Source: Dimargaris cristalligena (taxonomy: Eukaryota). Taken from it: a stretch of DNA of 34,116 nt. The notes below the pieces were generated by a model. It saw nothing but the letters and a program-made list of their open reading frames with translations, did no database searches and was not told the origin of the DNA. The DNA lies in the NCBI GenBank assembly GCA_003614675.1, contig ML002396.1:1-34116 (forward strand). Direction: 5' to 3'. Below, piece by piece: positions 11,836 through 23,924 of this stretch. The position numbers and the translations under genes are program-made. Every line of letters begins with the position of its first letter. Positions within the stretch are counted from its first letter, which is position 1.

Positions 11836-14800
11836 AGTATATTGGTGATAGTTGGTAGGGGATGTTGGGTATTTTAGACGCAAGTAGGCTGAGCTGTGCG
11901 CCCATTATCATTCGACCAGTTGCCAAGCTACTATTTTGGGCCGACCATGTGCCTGGTGGACTTACTCAACCCCAAACAATTTTACTTGATCGGGTTTAAA
12001 TCGTTACTCAAACTGTATGTATTTAAATAAATGGGTTTAAATATATAATATCACACAATGTAATAAGGTAATAAGGTAATTTTGGTCGCCCGATGCTTCT
12101 CATAATAGCTGGCGTATTTCTCCAGTGTACATTTGTACGAAAGGTGTTACATGGCCAACACTGACGCCCATTTTGCCTGGCAATATATCTACATACTCCC
12201 GTATCTAAATATTTATAAAGCAGGAACGTTTAGTGGTATCGCCAGTATATTTAAATTTGAATGAAGTACATTATTAAACCACTCACTATCGCTATGACCG
12301 ATTTGTCCTTATGATTATTTCACCTGCTCCATTGAATTTCTTGACCCTCTATATACTGGCCTAAACTTGCAGCCTTCTGCCACACAATCATTATTTAAAA
12401 CAATAACCACTGACTGTCCTGCCGCCTCTCTATTTCATGACACCAAATCTTTCGCTCCCTTGCCAATATTCACTGGGCTTTTCACCTGGGCTTATAACCC
12501 CTATAGACCTTACCTCGTCGGCCAGTTAGAATTACACACAAGTCCCTTGGTCCCCACATTTTACCATGGTTGTCTCCGAGTTGCGAATCCGGGCCATTCC
12601 CTGGCATTCCCTAAACTCCAGTCTCACTGGAACCGCCGACTGCCCTGTTACGTAGCCAACCAGAAATGGACCACCGGCTTCCAGCACTAGCTCACCTCTC
12701 AGGCTTCAAACAGTCAGTGAAGGGTGGCTCATGTCCTACCCGGCCCCGGCCCATAACCACCAAGGCACTTCCCGATTCTGCTTCTCAGCCACGTTTTGCA
12801 CTTCTCGCCCTGGTCACTAACCGCACTTCACTTGCGAATCAACGTCGAATAGCAGGGAGAGCAATAGACTCAATGGAATAGTCTCAGGTCTCGTATAATT
12901 CCGACTCCCCATTAATTCGAGGTTGATGCCCCAAAAAACCCCTATTCACGAATGCATCGCCAAGTAGTCGGTGAATAGTTGCCAGCTCAATTGACCATAC
13001 AAATGAACTGATGGTATAAAGTAGAAAATACCACCTTAATTCGGGATTTTTATATCAATAAAATACTAATATTAAATGTCTGTATATAACCTCCCTGCTC
13101 AGTACCTGTGATTTTATTACGGGTCCCCTTCAGCCTAAGCTTAGCAGTGTTGACCAGTACTTCTTTGATTCTATACTAGGTTGGCTCCAGTTCGAACTCC
13201 TGGGGATTTAGCATCGAGTTCCTGGGTTCTAGTGTACCAGTCACAACCATTCCGCTGCCTTACCTTACGAAGCCATCTGCAGCCAAGTTGCCGGCAATTC
13301 CTAGCCACTGTTTTCTGGCCGTTGAAAAATCCAGGTTGACTATATGATAAGGTAGTATATTGGACCTATACATCTATTGGCGGGGGGTTCTCGCTTTTAG
13401 AGACTTGGCGATTAGAGAGGGGGCATCGATATACAAAAAGGATACACTTAGACACAGGGTATTGAAGGGGCGGAGCGTATCAAGGGGTATAAGTAAATGT
13501 CAGATATATTCAGTAGGTTCCGAGAGAATCCATAGGGGAGGAGGGGTATGTATATACGCCTTGGATATTAGAGCGGGCTAGTCATAACAGGATTCTGAGT
13601 AGAATCGGTAAAGGCTTTACAACGAATCTGAATTTGTTCCCAGGCTATTCATAACCGTGAATAAGTGCTTAACCGATACACTCAGAGTCTTCGAATGACA
13701 GTAAGCGAGCCTTGCTCCAAAGAGGGTCAGACGTATCCTTACTATATAGCGAGACTAGGGACTACGACGATATGCTTTAGGAAACAAGTGAGAGAATCAC
13801 CCAGCCTTTTATGCTCTCAATGGGTCGCGACTATTCCAGGTGGGCCAACAACCCGCAACGTGGCTCACTAGGGTAGACTGACGGTCCGGACACACTGGTA
13901 CCTCTGAAGGGAAGGATCGGATTAAATAGTCGCTTGTACATCATCCGGTCCCACAATCCCCATACTAATGTGTATTCCAGCTGGATATATACCCCTTCTG
14001 TGCTTTAGTATAATGACTAGGGGTGGTTGCGCATCTCTGTGATCCAAGTTTACGGGAAGTTAATTGGGGTGTGACGGGGATGAGGTAGGGTCTTGGGTGT
14101 GTCTGGATTTAGATTGGTGGTTGTCCCGTTGGAATGATGAGTTGGTATGACTTTCTCGGCGTAAGCTAAGGGAGTCCTCCCATTAAAGAGGTGGGGAGTG
14201 CGTGAGGCTGGCAACAGAGCAGCGAACACCATCCGCTCTTTCATGGTCAACGGGATGGCAACTATCATTGGAATCTATACATATCCACCTGCTAGAGTTC
14301 CTGGCTAGCTCCTTTTTTTCAGTTATTTTACAGAAATCACACCAAGTAAACATGGCCAGAAGAAACAGCTCTCTACTCTATTTCGTTTTGTTTCTATGGG
14401 CCAGAAAGTTGTCCTGGTTTTTGCAGACGTTCAGGTTGCAGTTTTGTTTGGTGAGGGGTAGTAGCGTAGGAGAACAGCCGAATACAATCCCAGCCGCTTG
14501 GTATCTTCGCGTACCTACTAAAATGTAAACAAGGCTATATTGATAATTGGGACGTATGATTATTGACTGAACTTATTTACTTTGAAAACGCCCATCCATG
14601 GTCCAAACAGTGTTCCAATGTACACATTGTACCAAGGACCACTCTCTGGTGTAGCCCTCGCATTGCTGATCCTTCCACTCTTTCCCATATTTTTTTATTA
14701 CAACAGCTCTTATTAGCTATTAGGCAGCCCCGCTAACGAAGTGAATCCCTTTCTCCTTCGCTTCTTTACTTCTTGCCCTAACCTAGTGCTTCCAGTTGTC

Positions 14801-14922
14801 TACCCGTTGTGTAGCTGTTCTGCCCAATACCTTGAATACGCCTACCCATTTATTTATTTTCATATATATATCAATAGTCGACCCGGCCCATTTGGCACCA
14901 ATCGATTGTACCTTTGCCCGTC

Positions 14923-17170
14923 ATGGTCGAAACTAGGCGCCGCGCACGTCCCAAGCGGGAGGTCAGGTAGGTTGGTTATTTCTATCGGCACAGCCTCGGC
15001 CGCCCGACATCTAAATGAACACTCGTTTTGCACTCCTAGTTTCACTCAACACGGCCTGGGGTAATGGGGCCCCATACGAATACCTACGCTAAACCGTTTA
15101 AGTGCCCATTCCCCGCACCGACACATACGCCTTACATGTAACTCAATTATCGTCTATACTTTATTTATATATATATACATAATATGGGTGTATATACCCC
15201 CCTACGCAATGCTTTTCTTGTTTGGTTCGGGGTATGCGTGTGTGGTACCACTAACTCCTTTAGCAACGCGCATTACGTGGGTTACGTCGAAGACGACGAG
15301 TCGGTGGACGCTATCATGAAGAAATTCGAAGAGCTGGAGCGTATCCAACAGCAATTCGCCAGCCAGGCCACCAAGTCCAACCTGGGTTCCTCCTCCACGG
15401 TTACAGCTGCTTCGGCCGTTGCGGGGGAGCCTGCTGGGGCTTCAGCAGTGGCTTCCAGCTCGTCATCACCTTCCATAACTGCCCCAGCCACCACCCTTTT
15501 ATCAGAAATTGCGGATTCGGAAACCAGGGGCAACGACGACAACGACGTCATTAACGATGAAGGCAGCACAATGTCGTCGGGGGGAATTTCCCTGCCGTCG
15601 GGTACGACGATTGTTATGGGAGAAGGGGGCCCCGGATCCCCTTTGAAGAACGCCCCACCGCCGTTAACCCAAGAACAGCTCGAGGAGGTGTTTCGGCAAA
15701 CGAGTAGTTTTACGGTTAAAACGGCCACCATCGATATTGACGATTACGATGAATCAGAGTGGTGGAAGGCGGAAATGGAGGATGCCGATACGACCGAGTA
15801 CATTGAAGAAAAGTAAGTTGAATCCGTTTTTTTTTTTGGTTTGGGTTTGAAAGGGCGGAGGATGAACCCACAGCTATAGAAGGTGCAAGGGGAAAGGAAG
15901 TATGAGATTATCGGCGATTAAGCCCTTCCATTCTGTAGGTCTTGCGATCGTCATTCGTGGATTTCATGATATTAATGAGGCAACTAACCCCCCATCTGGA
16001 TTACCCTATTCCACTATGTCACTATTTTTTTAATTACTTTCCAACCGTAGTGACTACGTGGCTGTGGATGACGAGTTCTGGGACGAGGAATTCGGAGCGG
16101 CTCCCACCAAAAAGCGCGTCAAAGGGACTCGTCCCGCCACCACCCTACCTCCACGTGAGAAGGAGGCCCGTCGCCCTCGTCACGATAAAGAAAGCATTAT
16201 TCAGCGGTACCGGATTATGCAGGTCAAACTGCAGGACAAGCACGGCAATTACTTCTTTATTCGTAAGAAGGTCAGGTAGGTTGCCCGCTCGATAATCTAT
16301 TCTTACCACAGCCGTCGGGTTTGTTATTTCCCCCCTATAATTACCGCACACGCATGGTTGTTACGCCATACTGAATACTAATTACTCCTCCAACCCGAAT
16401 TTCCCTTGTAATTCAACCTTGTTTAGCACCGTCGACCCCAGCTTGCCCACTTATGTTCGAATTCCACCCATTCCCATTCCCCATTCGTGGGTATTCCACA
16501 TTACTCAGTTAATTGAACAGGCTACCCCGCCACCCAGCTCAAGGTAATACCGATATCTCCCCACCTCCTGTCCACTGGGGAAGCACCTACCTGACTCATA
16601 TTGACCACTTGCCTTCTGGAACCTTGCATAGGCACCTCTCATAGTCTAGACATGTGTTCCCTATTTATTCAATCCCCGTCGGTTAGTGCCGTGCTCCGCC
16701 CAGTCCTCTAACTTCACTGTGTGTATACGGCTATTAACGGGTCTGGAATCCCCAACCCCCCTCTCTCCCTGCTTGGCCACCCTCCTTCCGCCATTTTTGA
16801 CCCACACAGACAACTGCATGACGATGTCCTGACCATGGATCTCCTCTCCCTTGGTCAAAGCTACCAGGCCATTTATATGGACCCGCCCCTTCTCCTGCCC
16901 GGCGAATCCCCCACCCCGGGAAAAATTACCGTCGACCAGCTGTGTCAACTTAAAGTAGACCAGTTGACCCCCAACGGCTTCCTCTTCATTTGGGTGGAAA
17001 AGGAACTTTTGCCCGATATCGTGGGAGTGGCGGCCCAATGGAAATTCAAATACGTGGAGAATTTCTGCTGGATTAAGAAACGCGTGAATAACCTGATTGT
17101 GCGGCAGCCGTCGACCTACTTTTGCAAGTCGAAGCTGACGTTATTAATTTTCCGAAAGGTACGTGTGTTC

Positions 17171-17205
<35 letters not shown>

Positions 17206-18514
17206 TGTGTGTGTGTTTCTTTACAATTATATTTTGGCTTTGGAAGTGGCCAACCGGGTAATGGGAAGGTTTTACTACGCCTTGTAGTAGTCTATTATTT
17301 GGGTCATGTATTCCCCCGCTACGAGAGAGCTGACCCCTGACATGCCATCTGGTACCCTAACTGCACCCCGGGATCATCCGAGTCCTTAATAACCCTAAGG
17401 ACCTCTATTGCACGGGTGTAGACAAAGCAGCTTGAATGGGGCGGACGGCTACAGTAGAGCTCTTCTCCCCCTTAGGACAGTACCCCATATAATCTGGTGG
17501 ATGAGCCACTCCTGTTATTACCTTACTTTCACCTAACCAGGCATCTTTTATTTTATTGTATTTGGAATTGTCGCCTGACGCGGACCCCTACAATTACATT
17601 CTAATTTTAACAGGAAGGGGAAATTGATATTCGTCACCAGCGCAGTGCCGATTCACTCTTCGATTTTATTAAGCCGACGGAGCCAGGTAAGTTAACCTTA
17701 TCTCTTTACAATATTGCCCCTTACATTCGGGAGTCTTCCTTCTTTGGAAGCATTTCTACTACGAGACCCCATTGTAAATAGTGGAACTGGGTATTCTAGC
17801 ACTGGGGGGTGGGGGAGTAAAACCCTGGAATGTTCCCGGTAGTGGTATTGTTATACATATCGGAATATACCATTGTTTTGGATTCATTCCATTACGACTG
17901 CAATCCCTCGGCTATTAATGGGGCTCTCTCCCCAGGGAAAGGGGGCCGACGGCCATATACTTGGCACTGTACCCTAGCTACTATGGCCAATGCCCCTAGT
18001 GGACCTGTATCTCTAGATCTTACGTATGCAACCAAGTCCATATACCGATCGCACCAGCTCTTTCTTTCGTTGGGATGGAACTAGCGTTTCATGACTACTG
18101 CTGTTTTTTATTTTAAAAAAAGGCACCAAATTTCACTCGAATCCTAATCATTCTTATTTTTGGCCGAGGCAAATACACACACTATTTAGAATTCCCAACT
18201 GAGCGGAAACCCCTATTCCTTTACCAGCTAATCGAAACGCTCCTGCCACTGGCCATGCCTACTGAACAATCACCCCTCCCAAACCGTTTACTTGAGCTGT
18301 AGGTTATAGGTCTATATTTAAAATATCTAGATGGGCTCGGCGGGTTTTCTAACCATATCGGCTACTCGTCCCAAACCACCTATATATTCGGCATCCGACC
18401 CATTGAAATACATTTGGATATGATATGCTACGACACTTACATTTTGCCAATAGATGGGCTCGCCCCGACCAACCCCGCTTCGGGTGGACCAGTGTCAGTC
18501 AGAAATACGAGTGA
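14923..18514 (+). CDS. MT-A70-family N6-adenine methyltransferase-like protein (DPPL variant; candidate MTA9/AMT6-7-like partner subunit), 8 exons, ~508 aa
   Basis: Hand-spliced exons: 14923-14966, 15264-15812, 16051-16275, 16427-16543, 16810-17158, 17614-17686, 18190-18298, 18454-18514. All introns are GT-AG and the 1527 nt stay in frame. The C-terminal half has MT-A70 motifs in order: YQAIYMDPPL, GFLFIWV, WKFKYVENFCWIK, KSKLTLLIFRK, ERKPLFLYQLIETL, RLLELWAR, RFGWT. The N-terminus is MVETRRRARPKREVSNAHYVGYVEDDESVDAIMKKFEELERIQ, followed by an acidic/low-complexity region and a basic PTKKRVK NLS-like patch. Confidence 0.88.
17174..17202. repeat. (TA)n microsatellite in intron 5 of the MT-A70 gene
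   Basis: A tatatata... run of ~29 nt followed by a short (GT)n. Confidence 0.9.
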
Positions 18515-20001
18515 CGTCGGCGAGGTTAGTGCGGCGTTTCTTTTATTATTATTATTATTACCAAACGTCAATTGGCGCGTTGGTTTATAGAATGCTGGAT
18601 GATACTGTCCATTTGCCTGATCTATTTTCCTTCCGCTACTAAGCCATCTGCGAAAAAATCGGTACCCGAAGGCCTTATTCCCGCTGAGATTGTAATTTTT
18701 GGTAGCCAAGGTTGCATACATTTTTTCCCTGGTGAACTAGGGGGCCGCAATAGTGGCACGTGGTTGGCCTAATCGAGTGGACAATAAAATGAAGGATGAG
18801 TTTGGTGCATGGAATGAATAGGCCATACGAGGTAGTCAGTGTGGGGTGTTTGGCCTTGGTCCTGCTTTGTTTATTTCCCGCCATTTACGAATAGAACAGC
18901 CCAGAGGTGTCTGGGGAGGATGTGTGGGCCATATGGACATTTATGTATTTATGAATGAATGTTCCGTAATGTGCATGAGAATCCGGGGGAAATAGCTAGG
19001 CAAGCGGCCTGTGTTTGGTGGGGTACAATAACTTATGGCGTAGATCCGAGATTTGGGAGTACAGTACAGCGCGCCTGTGGATGATTACCCCTTTAGACCA
19101 ATGGCCTGACCGTCTGCTAATGCCAGTAGCAGTGCTTGCTGATTCCATATTATCACATGGCAGGGTAGACTGGCCAGCGTTATCCACACTGTTGTAGAAG
19201 TTGTTGGCTATTTTTTTGCCTATCGGGCCTTACCATCACCCTATCCATCATAAGCAAAGGACTGACTGACCCTACATCTGGTGCAATCCTTTATAGATTC
19301 CTTCCGCTGGATCGAGTAGAGGAGATAAGTGCTGTCTGTGGCTAATGAAGGCCCAAATAACTCGAGTTCTATATTACTGCCAAGTGAAACCCAGGGGCAC
19401 TGGCCTCGAGTGCCGGGCACAATTCCCGAGGGCCTTCGTTTATGAGGGCGCCGCTCCAGCTTCTCGTCGCTACGCAGTAGGAGCGGACCGTCATCCCCCT
19501 TTGGGGGCCCCTGGGGGACACCAACTCCTGGCATGGGGAAGGGTGAAGATTATCGGAAGAACGGAGCACCCTGCGGTTCAATGGCGGTTATTAGGAGCAG
19601 ACTAGTGCGCAGATGAGTGACTAAACTAAACACAAACCAGTTTATGGGGGATGTAAACAACTGCTGAGTGGGGGTGTATTATCTCACCAAATCATCCGAT
19701 AACCCGCGACGTATAAAAACACCCCGTTCTGTCCTACCCAAAACCACGCCATTACATTTTCCTCACTGGTTATATCCCTCTCCCTACTTAAAATTGCCTG
19801 CCATCCTCTCTCCCAGCCACACTTACAACCCGACCCAGTCGTGCGCATATAACCCACTACTGCTTAATATATCTTCTACCTATACCTTCCTCCCCTTCCT
19901 TCTTCCATTACCTCCTCTTTCCTCCTTCCCTGGTTGCTACAATCCCTTGGACCCCTCCACTTCATTTCCCCCTTCTTTCCCGCTAATTTACCGCCAGCAC
20001 C

Positions 20002-21240
20002 ATGACCATTCGCCAAGTCACCTGCACCGCCCCCGTCAATATTGCCGTGGTTAAGTACTGGGGCAAACGGGACTCTGACCTGATTCTCCCCACCAACTCC
20101 TCGCTGTCCGTGACCCTGTCCCAGGATGATCTGCATTCCCGCACCACTATTAGCATCGCCTCCCAGTTCACGTCTGACCGCATGTGGTTGAACGGCATCG
20201 AGTGCCCCATCCCGACGAACCAGCGTCTGGTCAACTGTCTCGCCGGCGCCCGGCAACAGCGCCAGGACATGGAGTCCCGCAACCCCCGTTTGCCCAAGTG
20301 GTCCACCTGGGGGATCCATATTGCCTCGGAGAACAACTTCCCCACCGCCGCGGGTTTGGCCTCGTCGGCCTCTGGCTACGCCTGTCTGGTGTTTACGCTG
20401 GCCCAGGTCCTGGAACTGCCCCTGACTCCCTCCGAGCTCTCCCGTTACGCCCGCCTCGGCTCGGGTTCCGCCTGTCGCTCGATCATGGGCGGCTTTGTGG
20501 GCTGGGAAATGGGCCAGCGTGCCGATGGTGCCGACAGTCTGGCCTACCAGGTGGCGCCCGAAACCCACTGGCCCGACCTCGAGGCGCTGATCCTGGTGGT
20601 GAGCGATGCCAAGAAGGGTACGAGCAGTACCTCCGGTATGCAAACCACCGTGAATACGTCCGACCTCACCCAGCACCGGTTCGCTAACGTGGTCCCCGAA
20701 CGTATGCGCCAGATGGAGGCCGCGATCCAGGCCAAGGATTTCCCCACCTTCGCCGAGCTGACCATGCGTGACTCGAACCAGTTCCACGCCACCTGCCTGG
20801 ATACTTATCCTCCTATTTTCTACATGAACGATACGTCCCGCGCCGTGGTCAATGTCATCACCGCCATCAACCGTTTGGATGCCGGTATCCAGGCCGCCTA
20901 CACTTTTGATGCCGGCCCGAACGCGGTGATCTATGCCCCCAAGGCCCACATGCCCCGCCTCCTGCTGCTCATGGCGTACTTCTTCCCCGGCGCCGCCTCG
21001 TCTGCCGACCAGACCTTTGAATACTTTACCAATCCCTACAATGCCGTCCCCAAGGGCGCCGCACTGGGTAAGGATTTCCCTGCCGAATTCCTGGCCATTA
21101 AGGACCAATTCGACCCCTCGCCCCGGGGTAGCGTCAAGCGGATTATCCACACCCGTGTGGGCGATGGCCCTCGTGTCCTGAAGAACCCCGAATCCAGTCT
21201 GCTTAACAACCAGGGCCTGCCCAAGTCGCTGCGCGCCTAA
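20002..21240 (+). CDS. MVD1: Diphosphomevalonate decarboxylase (mevalonate pathway; MVD1/ERG19), intronless, 412 aa
   Basis: Diagnostic motifs: TAPVNIAVVKYWGKRD, LPTNSSLSVTL, SENNFPTAAGLASSASG (GHMP), ARLGSGSACRS, MRDSNQFHATCLDTYPPIFYMND, AYTFDAGPNAV, VGDGPRVL. Confidence 0.98.
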   Translation: MTIRQVTCTAPVNIAVVKYWGKRDSDLILPTNSSLSVTLSQDDLHSRTTISIASQFTSDRMWLNGIECPIPTNQRLVNCLAGARQQRQDMESRNPRLPKWSTWGIHIASENNFPTAAGLASSASGYACLVFTLAQVLELPLTPSELSRYARLGSGSACRSIMGGFVGWEMGQRADGADSLAYQVAPETHWPDLEALILVVSDAKKGTSSTSGMQTTVNTSDLTQHRFANVVPERMRQMEAAIQAKDFPTFAELTMRDSNQFHATCLDTYPPIFYMNDTSRAVVNVITAINRLDAGIQAAYTFDAGPNAVIYAPKAHMPRLLLLMAYFFPGAASSADQTFEYFTNPYNAVPKGAALGKDFPAEFLAIKDQFDPSPRGSVKRIIHTRVGDGPRVLKNPESSLLNNQGLPKSLRA

Positions 21241-21855
21241 TCCTAATCCTAAAATCGACTATTCTTCGGGCGGCCGTTGAAAGGTCATATTCGGCAATTT
21301 TTTTGGGGGCCCTAAATGTGCTACATAAAATAGCCACCTCCGCTGCTTCCCCCCCTCTTCCACTCCCGCATGCGCACATTTTATTTATCTATTTTTCTAT
21401 TGTAGTAGCAGCTATATACGCTGGCCCTATCTAGGCCATCGGTTTACTTCAAAGCCCAGGCCCATTTGAACCTCTCCGTAAAGAAGGAGGGGGTCACGAC
21501 GATGTGGCATTGCTATTGATATTTCCTTCTCATTATATATTTATCGATAATTTCGTTGCCTTTGGATCATCCAATATCTGCTAGATGTAAATATAAACCT
21601 GGTAATAATTTCTGCTTATTGCAATAGTGTGGGTGTATTTATTATGTAATTCAGAGTCAATAGGCTTGGTTCGTGTAAGGGGCGTGTGGCAGCGTATAGT
21701 TAGTTAGTTGGTTTGTTGTTCGGTGGCCCAGATGTGATGGATACACTCACTATACTTCCTCTTTGGGACTGCTAACGAGCGAGGATCCTTATTTCTTTGT
21801 CCCACCTTTTCGGCACAGTGCTCTCCTCTGTTGATCCAATAATCCTTCCCTTCGA

Positions 21856-21884
21856 TTGGCTGATTGACGCGTGAGTCAAGCCAA
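21856..21884. promoter_or_regulatory. Imperfect palindrome upstream of cyclophilin B containing TGAGTCA and ACGCGT; candidate bZIP/UPR-type element
   Basis: ttggc-tga-ttgac gcgtga gtcaa-gccaa has inverted arms, overlaps a reverse CCAAT (attgg) and lies ~225 bp before the ATG. Function is inferred only. Confidence 0.3.
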
Positions 21885-22107
21885 CCAAGGAAGGGTAAAC
21901 CCTATTACTCTCCTCTCCCCTCGCTCGCGCTCCATCTGAGTTGACCATCCGCTCTCGTTAAAACTCACCCCAGCTGGTGTCCATCGGCTCTTTACTCTGT
22001 TGCTTATCTTTTATCCAGTACCGCTTATCCCGGTTCCTTTTGTTTACCATCCACCCTCTGTTTCCCAGCTCCGGCTTCCTTTCAATTCCCCGTTCCCCCC
22101 CCCCCAC

Positions 22108-22794
22108 ATGTTTGGCCCATCTCCGTTGCTGCGTCTGCGGACGCTGGCTCTTATGCTCGTTACCCTTCTGCTGGGCTCGGTCCTAGTGACCGCCGCCAAG
22201 GGTCCCGTCGTGACCGACAAGGTCTTCTTTAACATCCAACAGGGCGGTAAAAACCTCGGCACCATCGTCATTGGTCTGTTCGGTAAGACCGTCCCCGACA
22301 CCGCCCAGAACTTCCTGCAACTAGCCACCGGTGAAAACGGCTATGGCTACAAAGGCAGTGGTTTCCACCGGGTTATCAAGGATTTCATGATCCAGGGAGG
22401 TGATTTCACCCACGGCGACGGTACCGGGGGCAAGTCCATCTATGGCGCCAAGTTCAAGGATGAGAACTTCAAGCTGAAGCACAAGGGTCCGGGCTACCTC
22501 AGCATGGCCAACGCCGGCCCCAACACCAACGGTTCCCAGTTCTTCATCACTACCATCAAGACCGGTTGGCTCGATGGTAAACACGTCGTGTTTGGCCGCG
22601 TGCTCGAAGGCATGGACGTGGTGAAAGCGATTGAGGACACCAAGACCCTGCCTGGCGATAAGCCCGCCGTGCCCATCATCATCCAGGACTGCGGCAAGTA
22701 CGTCGAGAAGGAGGACGCTGCTGCTGCTGCGACCGACGTCAAGGTCGAAGATGTGGAGCAACCCGCTGCTGCCGCTGAACATCCGGAATTGTGA
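22108..22794 (+). CDS. cypB: Cyclophilin B-type peptidyl-prolyl cis-trans isomerase, ER-targeted (signal peptide, C-terminal HPEL), intronless, 228 aa
   Basis: A hydrophobic signal ([30 protein letters not shown]) is followed by [45 protein letters not shown] and [12 protein letters not shown], then an acidic tail ending HPEL. The first ATG is at 22108. Confidence 0.96.
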   Translation: MFGPSPLLRLRTLALMLVTLLLGSVLVTAAKGPVVTDKVFFNIQQGGKNLGTIVIGLFGKTVPDTAQNFLQLATGENGYGYKGSGFHRVIKDFMIQGGDFTHGDGTGGKSIYGAKFKDENFKLKHKGPGYLSMANAGPNTNGSQFFITTIKTGWLDGKHVVFGRVLEGMDVVKAIEDTKTLPGDKPAVPIIIQDCGKYVEKEDAAAAATDVKVEDVEQPAAAAEHPEL

Positions 22795-23924
22795 CTCGCT
22801 ACTGTTGCGGGCCACCTGTGGCGCACTTGGGTTTGGCCCTGGTACCCGTGGTTGGGTATGGCCGCCGAGGCCTTTTAGGCTCTCGCTAAACTACTCAACC
22901 ATTTTATATAGTATGGTATCGTCTCTCTTTCTCTCTTATGCTCTCTCTCTCTCTTACCCGATTTTCTTTCCAGCCTGGCCTTCTGGCCAATGTCAAAATG
23001 GCATTGCTTCGTCATATATTAGGCATACGCATCTCTGTAGTGGGAATGCCTTTCCATAGACTATTACCATTTCCGGGTAGTTTCCAATAAATAACCGTCT
23101 GAGCGTCGTCAGGTTATATGATACAGTTGATTGCATACGAATGGCGTAATTAGTTGTCTCCCCTACCAACCCTTGTTTATCCTGGATACTTTGGGAAACT
23201 ATAGAATACGTGCTATATCATGGAATATTGGTGTATAGGAGGAGAGACCGGTGATTGTAACAACCATAACGGCGAACTAAAAATTGGGCGGGCTCATAAT
23301 GCGATAATTAAGACTTCGAGTTGATGTAAAGACTGGGCCTGGCTATTGGGTACGTCTTACATCATGGTAACACATCCTTGGGCGAGAAATCAGCTGTACA
23401 AATCAGCTCATTAGTAGAGCTGGCGGCGGGGTGTCGCTTACAATTATTTACAAATACGGCCCACATCCCCTTTATAATAAGACTGTGCCTTTTTATGTTA
23501 AAAGTCACACACCTAGATAATAGTAGTAGTGAGTGTGGGCTTAGAGTTCTTACTACGTAACATTAGCCGTAGTTGTTTGGCTCAAAATCACATAAATGGG
23601 GGGCTGATGGGCAACGGCGGTTTCAGATAGATGACAGCATCCCCAAGCCTCTTGTAGTCCATATAAATAGCAAGGCCCAGGGGCTGTGCTCCATCTACGC
23701 TTTTATATTCTTACACATATTCCTCCTCTTGCTCCAAAATTTCATTTTGACCGAAATTCTCCCCCCCCGTGCCTTCCCCGCTCACCCACTTTATTTATTA
23801 CATTTGGTGCTAAAAACTGTCCACGACTGTAGCTGTTCTAGTTCCGTGTTGTGTATTAATTATTATACAAATCATCAAGTCCCGAGATTTTTGTTTTCTT
23901 ACATTTACGATATATCCCCACATC

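Noticed and set aside
13345..13589. Purine-rich TG...CA-bounded stretch as another solo LTR
   Set aside because: No TSD and no second copy in the window.
12240..14530. Cluster of 60-110 aa ORFs between the transcription factor and the MT-A70 gene (similarly 18570-19620)
   Set aside because: No recognisable domains, codon bias or consistent splice structure. Decayed coding remnants cannot be excluded without homology searches.
15184..17287. ORFs 15184-15816, 16058-16279 and 16721-17287 as separate genes
   Set aside because: They are exons of the single spliced MT-A70 gene, with intronic sequence included at their ends.
19876..21150. 424-aa antisense ORF opposite MVD1 (also antisense ORFs over cypB, the transcription factor and the LEA-like gene)
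   Set aside because: Expected from strong C/G third-position codon bias on the sense gene. No recognisable motifs.
9538..21240. Zn2Cys6 factor plus MVD1 as a terpenoid biosynthetic gene cluster
   Set aside because: No terpene synthase, prenyltransferase, P450 or transporter is in the window. MVD1 is a housekeeping gene and the neighbours are unrelated.
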